Of a stretch of DNA of 64,000 nucleotides, positions 61,101-64,000 are shown in pieces (the first letter of the stretch is position 1; each line of letters opens with the position of its first letter). Where the stretch lies: contig JAUCBJ010008528.1 in NCBI GenBank assembly GCA_032718475.1, positions 1 through 64,000 of the forward strand, read 5' to 3'. Position numbers and translations under genes: made by a program. This DNA comes from Nemertoderma westbladi (lineage: Eukaryota > Animalia > Xenacoelomorpha). The notes below the pieces were generated by a model, which saw nothing but the letters and a program-made list of their open reading frames with translations, did not search any database and was not told the origin of the DNA.

Positions 61101-64000
61101 GTACTCCATGAGTTTATTGTTTGTTTCTCTTCGTACTCCATTAGTTTATTGTTTGTTACCCTTCGTACTCCATGAGTTTATTGTTTGTTTCACTTCGTAC
61201 TTCATGAGTTGATTGTTTGTTTCCCTTCGTACTCCATGAGTTTATTGTTTGTTTCCCTTCGTACTCCATGAGTTTATTGTTTGTTTCCCTTCGTACTTCA
61301 TAAGTTTATTGTTTGTTTCCCTTCGTACTCCATGAGTTTATTGTTTGTTTCCCTTCGTACTCCATGAGTTTATTGTTTGTTTCCCTTCGTACTCCATGAG
61401 TTTATTGTTTGTTTCCCTTCGCACTCCATGAGTTTATTGTTTGTTTCCCTTCGTACTCCATGAGTTGATTGTTTGTTTCCCTTCGTACTCCTCATGAGTT
61501 TATTGTTTGTTTCCCTTCGTACTCCGTGAGTTTATTGTTTGTTTCCCTTCGTACTCCATGAGTTTATTGTTTGTTTCCCTTCGTACTCCGTGAGTTTATT
61601 GTTTGTTTCCCTTCGTACTCCATGAGTTTATTGTTTGTTTCCCCTCGTACTCCATGAGTTTATTGTTTGTTTGCCTTCCTCGTACTCCATGAGTTTATTG
61701 TTTGTTTCCCTTCGTACTCCATGAGTTTATTGTTTGTTTCCCCTCGTACTCCATGAGTTTTTTGTTTGTTTGCCTTCCTCGTACTCCATGAGTTTATTGT
61801 TTGTTTCCCTTCGTACTCCATGAGTTTATTGTTTATTTCCCTTCGTACTCCATGAGTTTATTGTTTGTTACCCTTCGTACTCCATGAGTTTATTGTTTGT
61901 TTCTCTTCGTACTCCATGAGTTTATTGTTTGTTACCCTTCGTACTCCATGAGTTTATTGTTTGTTTCCCTTCGTACTACATGAGTTTATTGTTTGTATTC
62001 CTTCGTACTCCATGAGTTGATTGTTTGTTTCCCTTCGTACTCCATGAGTTTATTGTTTGTTTCCCTTCGTACTCCTCATGAGTTTATTGTTTGTTTCCCT
62101 TCGTACTCATGAGTTTATTGTTTGTATTCCTTCGTACTCCATGAGTTGATTGTTTGTTTCCCTTCGTACTCCATGAGTTTATTGTTTGTTTCCCTTCGTA
62201 CTTCATGAGTTGATTGTTTGTTTCCCTTCGTACTCCATGAGTTTATTGTTTGTTTCCCTTCGTACTCCATGAGTTTATTGTTTGTTTCCCTTCGTACTCC
62301 ATGAGTTTATTGTTTGTTTCCCTTCGTACTCCATGAGTTTATTGTTTGTTTCCCTTCGTACTCCATGAGTTGATTGTTTGTTTCCCTTCGTACTCCATGA
62401 GTTTATTGTTCGTTTCCCTTCGTACCCCATGAGTTGATTGTTTGTTTCCCTTCGTACTTCATGAATTGATTGTTTGTTTCCCTTCGTACTCCATGAGTTT
62501 ATTGTTTGTTTCCCTTCGTACTCCATGAGTTTATTGTTTGTTTCCCTTTGTACTCCATGAGTTGATTGTTTGTTTCCCTTCGTACTTCATGAGTTGATTG
62601 TTTGTTTCCCTTCGTACTCCTCATGAGTTTATTGTTTGTTTCCCTTCGCACTCATGAGTTTATTGTTTGTATTCCTTCGTACTCCATGAGTTTATTGTTT
62701 GTTTCTCTTCGTACTCCATGAGTTTATTGTTTGTTACCCTTCGTACTCCATGAGTTTATTGTTTGTTTCAATTCGTACTTCATGAGTTGATTGTTTGTTT
62801 CCCTTCGTAATCCATGAGTTTATTGTTTGTTTCCCTTCGTACTCCATGAGTTTATTGTTTGTTTCCCTTCGTACTCCATGAGTCTATTGTTTGTTTCCCT
62901 TCGTACTCCATGAGTTTATTGTTTGTTTCCCTTCGTACTCCATGAGTTTATTGTTTGTTTCCTTTCGCACTCCATGAGTTTATTGTTTGTTTCCCTTCGT
63001 ACTCCATGAGTTGATTGTTTGTTTCCCTTCGTACTCCATGAGTTTATTGTTCGTTTCCCTTCGTACTCCATGAGTTTATTGTTTGTTTCCCTTCCTACTC
63101 CATGAGTTGATTGTTTGTTTCCCTTCGTACTCCATGAGTTGATTGTTTGTTTCCCTTCGTACTTCATGAGTTGATTGTTTGTTTCCCTTCGTACTCCTCA
63201 TGAGTTTATTGTTTGTTTCCCTTCGTACTCCATGAGTTTATTGTTTGTTTCCCTTCGTACTCCATGAGTTTATTGTTTGTTTCCCTTCGTACTCCCTGAG
63301 TTTATTGTTTGTTTCCCTTCGTACTCCATGAGTTTATTGTTTGTTTCCCTTCGTACTCCTCATGAGTTTATTGTTTGTTTCCCTTCGTACTCCATGAGTT
63401 TATTGTTTGTTTCCCTTCCGCGTACTCCATGAGTTGATTGTTTGTTTCCCTTCGTACTCCATGAGTTTATTGTTTGTTTCCCTTCGTACTCCATGAGTTT
63501 ATTGTTTGTATTCCTTCGTACTGCATGAGTAGCTGATTGTTTGTTTCCCTTCGTACTCCATGAGTTTATTGTTTGTTTCCCTTCGTACTCCATGAGTTTA
63601 TTGTTTGTTTCCCTTCGTACTCCATGAGTTTATTGTTTGTTTCTCTTCGTACTCCATGAGTTGATTGTTTGTTTCCCTTCGTACTCCATGAGTTTATTGT
63701 TTGTTTGCCTTCCTCGTACTCCATGAGTTTATTGTTTGTTTCCCTTCGTACTCCATGAGTTTATTGTTTGTTTCCCTTCGTACCCCATGAGTTGATTGTT
63801 TGTTTCCCTTCGTACTTCATGAGTTGATTGTTTGTTTCCCTTCGTACTCCATGAGTTTATTGTTTGTTTCCCTTCGTACTCCATGAGTTTATTGTTTGTT
63901 TCCCTTTGTACTCCATGAGTTGATTGTTTGTTTCCCTTCGTACTTCATGAGTTGATTGTTTGTTTCCCTTCGTACTCCTCATGAGTTTATTGTTTGTTTC
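58183..64000. repeat. 32-bp minisatellite (GAGTTTATTGTTTGTTTCCCTTCGTACTCCAT)n, ~180 copies, runs off the window
   Basis: Direct tandem array. Confidence 0.97.

Noticed and set aside
51294-64000. CRISPR arrays (31-32-bp repeats)
   Set aside because: Units are head-to-tail with no unique spacers, no cas genes, and a eukaryotic intronic context

Overview
Repeat-rich invertebrate animal (eukaryotic) genomic DNA. (1) 1-10148: unresolved, mostly non-coding, TE-like sequence with one orphan ORF. It ends in ...CCCACA exactly where it interrupts an integrase. (2) 10149-24818: the right-hand part of a decaying Polinton/Maverick (adintovirus-like) element. It carries an integrase C-terminus, two tandem minor capsid genes, a basic core-like protein, the major capsid protein, an adenain protease, a DEDD-like ORF and a ZnF-led protein-primed PolB, ending in an ACTACT terminus. 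Most notably, it also encodes a TATA-binding-protein-like ORF and a PC4-like ORF. (3) 25-35 kb: nested non-autonomous elements, including a foldback with a 9-bp TSD that contains a 5'-truncated CRE-clade retrotransposon with poly(A) and a 14-bp TSD. (4) Intronless host genes METTL5 and UBL4A-like, followed by degraded LINE/CRE fragments. (5) 44-64 kb: N-terminal exons of a class IIa HDAC (HDAC4/5-like). One exon is tandemly duplicated, and the introns are filled with 18-, 14-, 31- and 32-bp minisatellites, one of which is an amplified splice donor. All family assignments come from motif recognition by eye; no searches were run.
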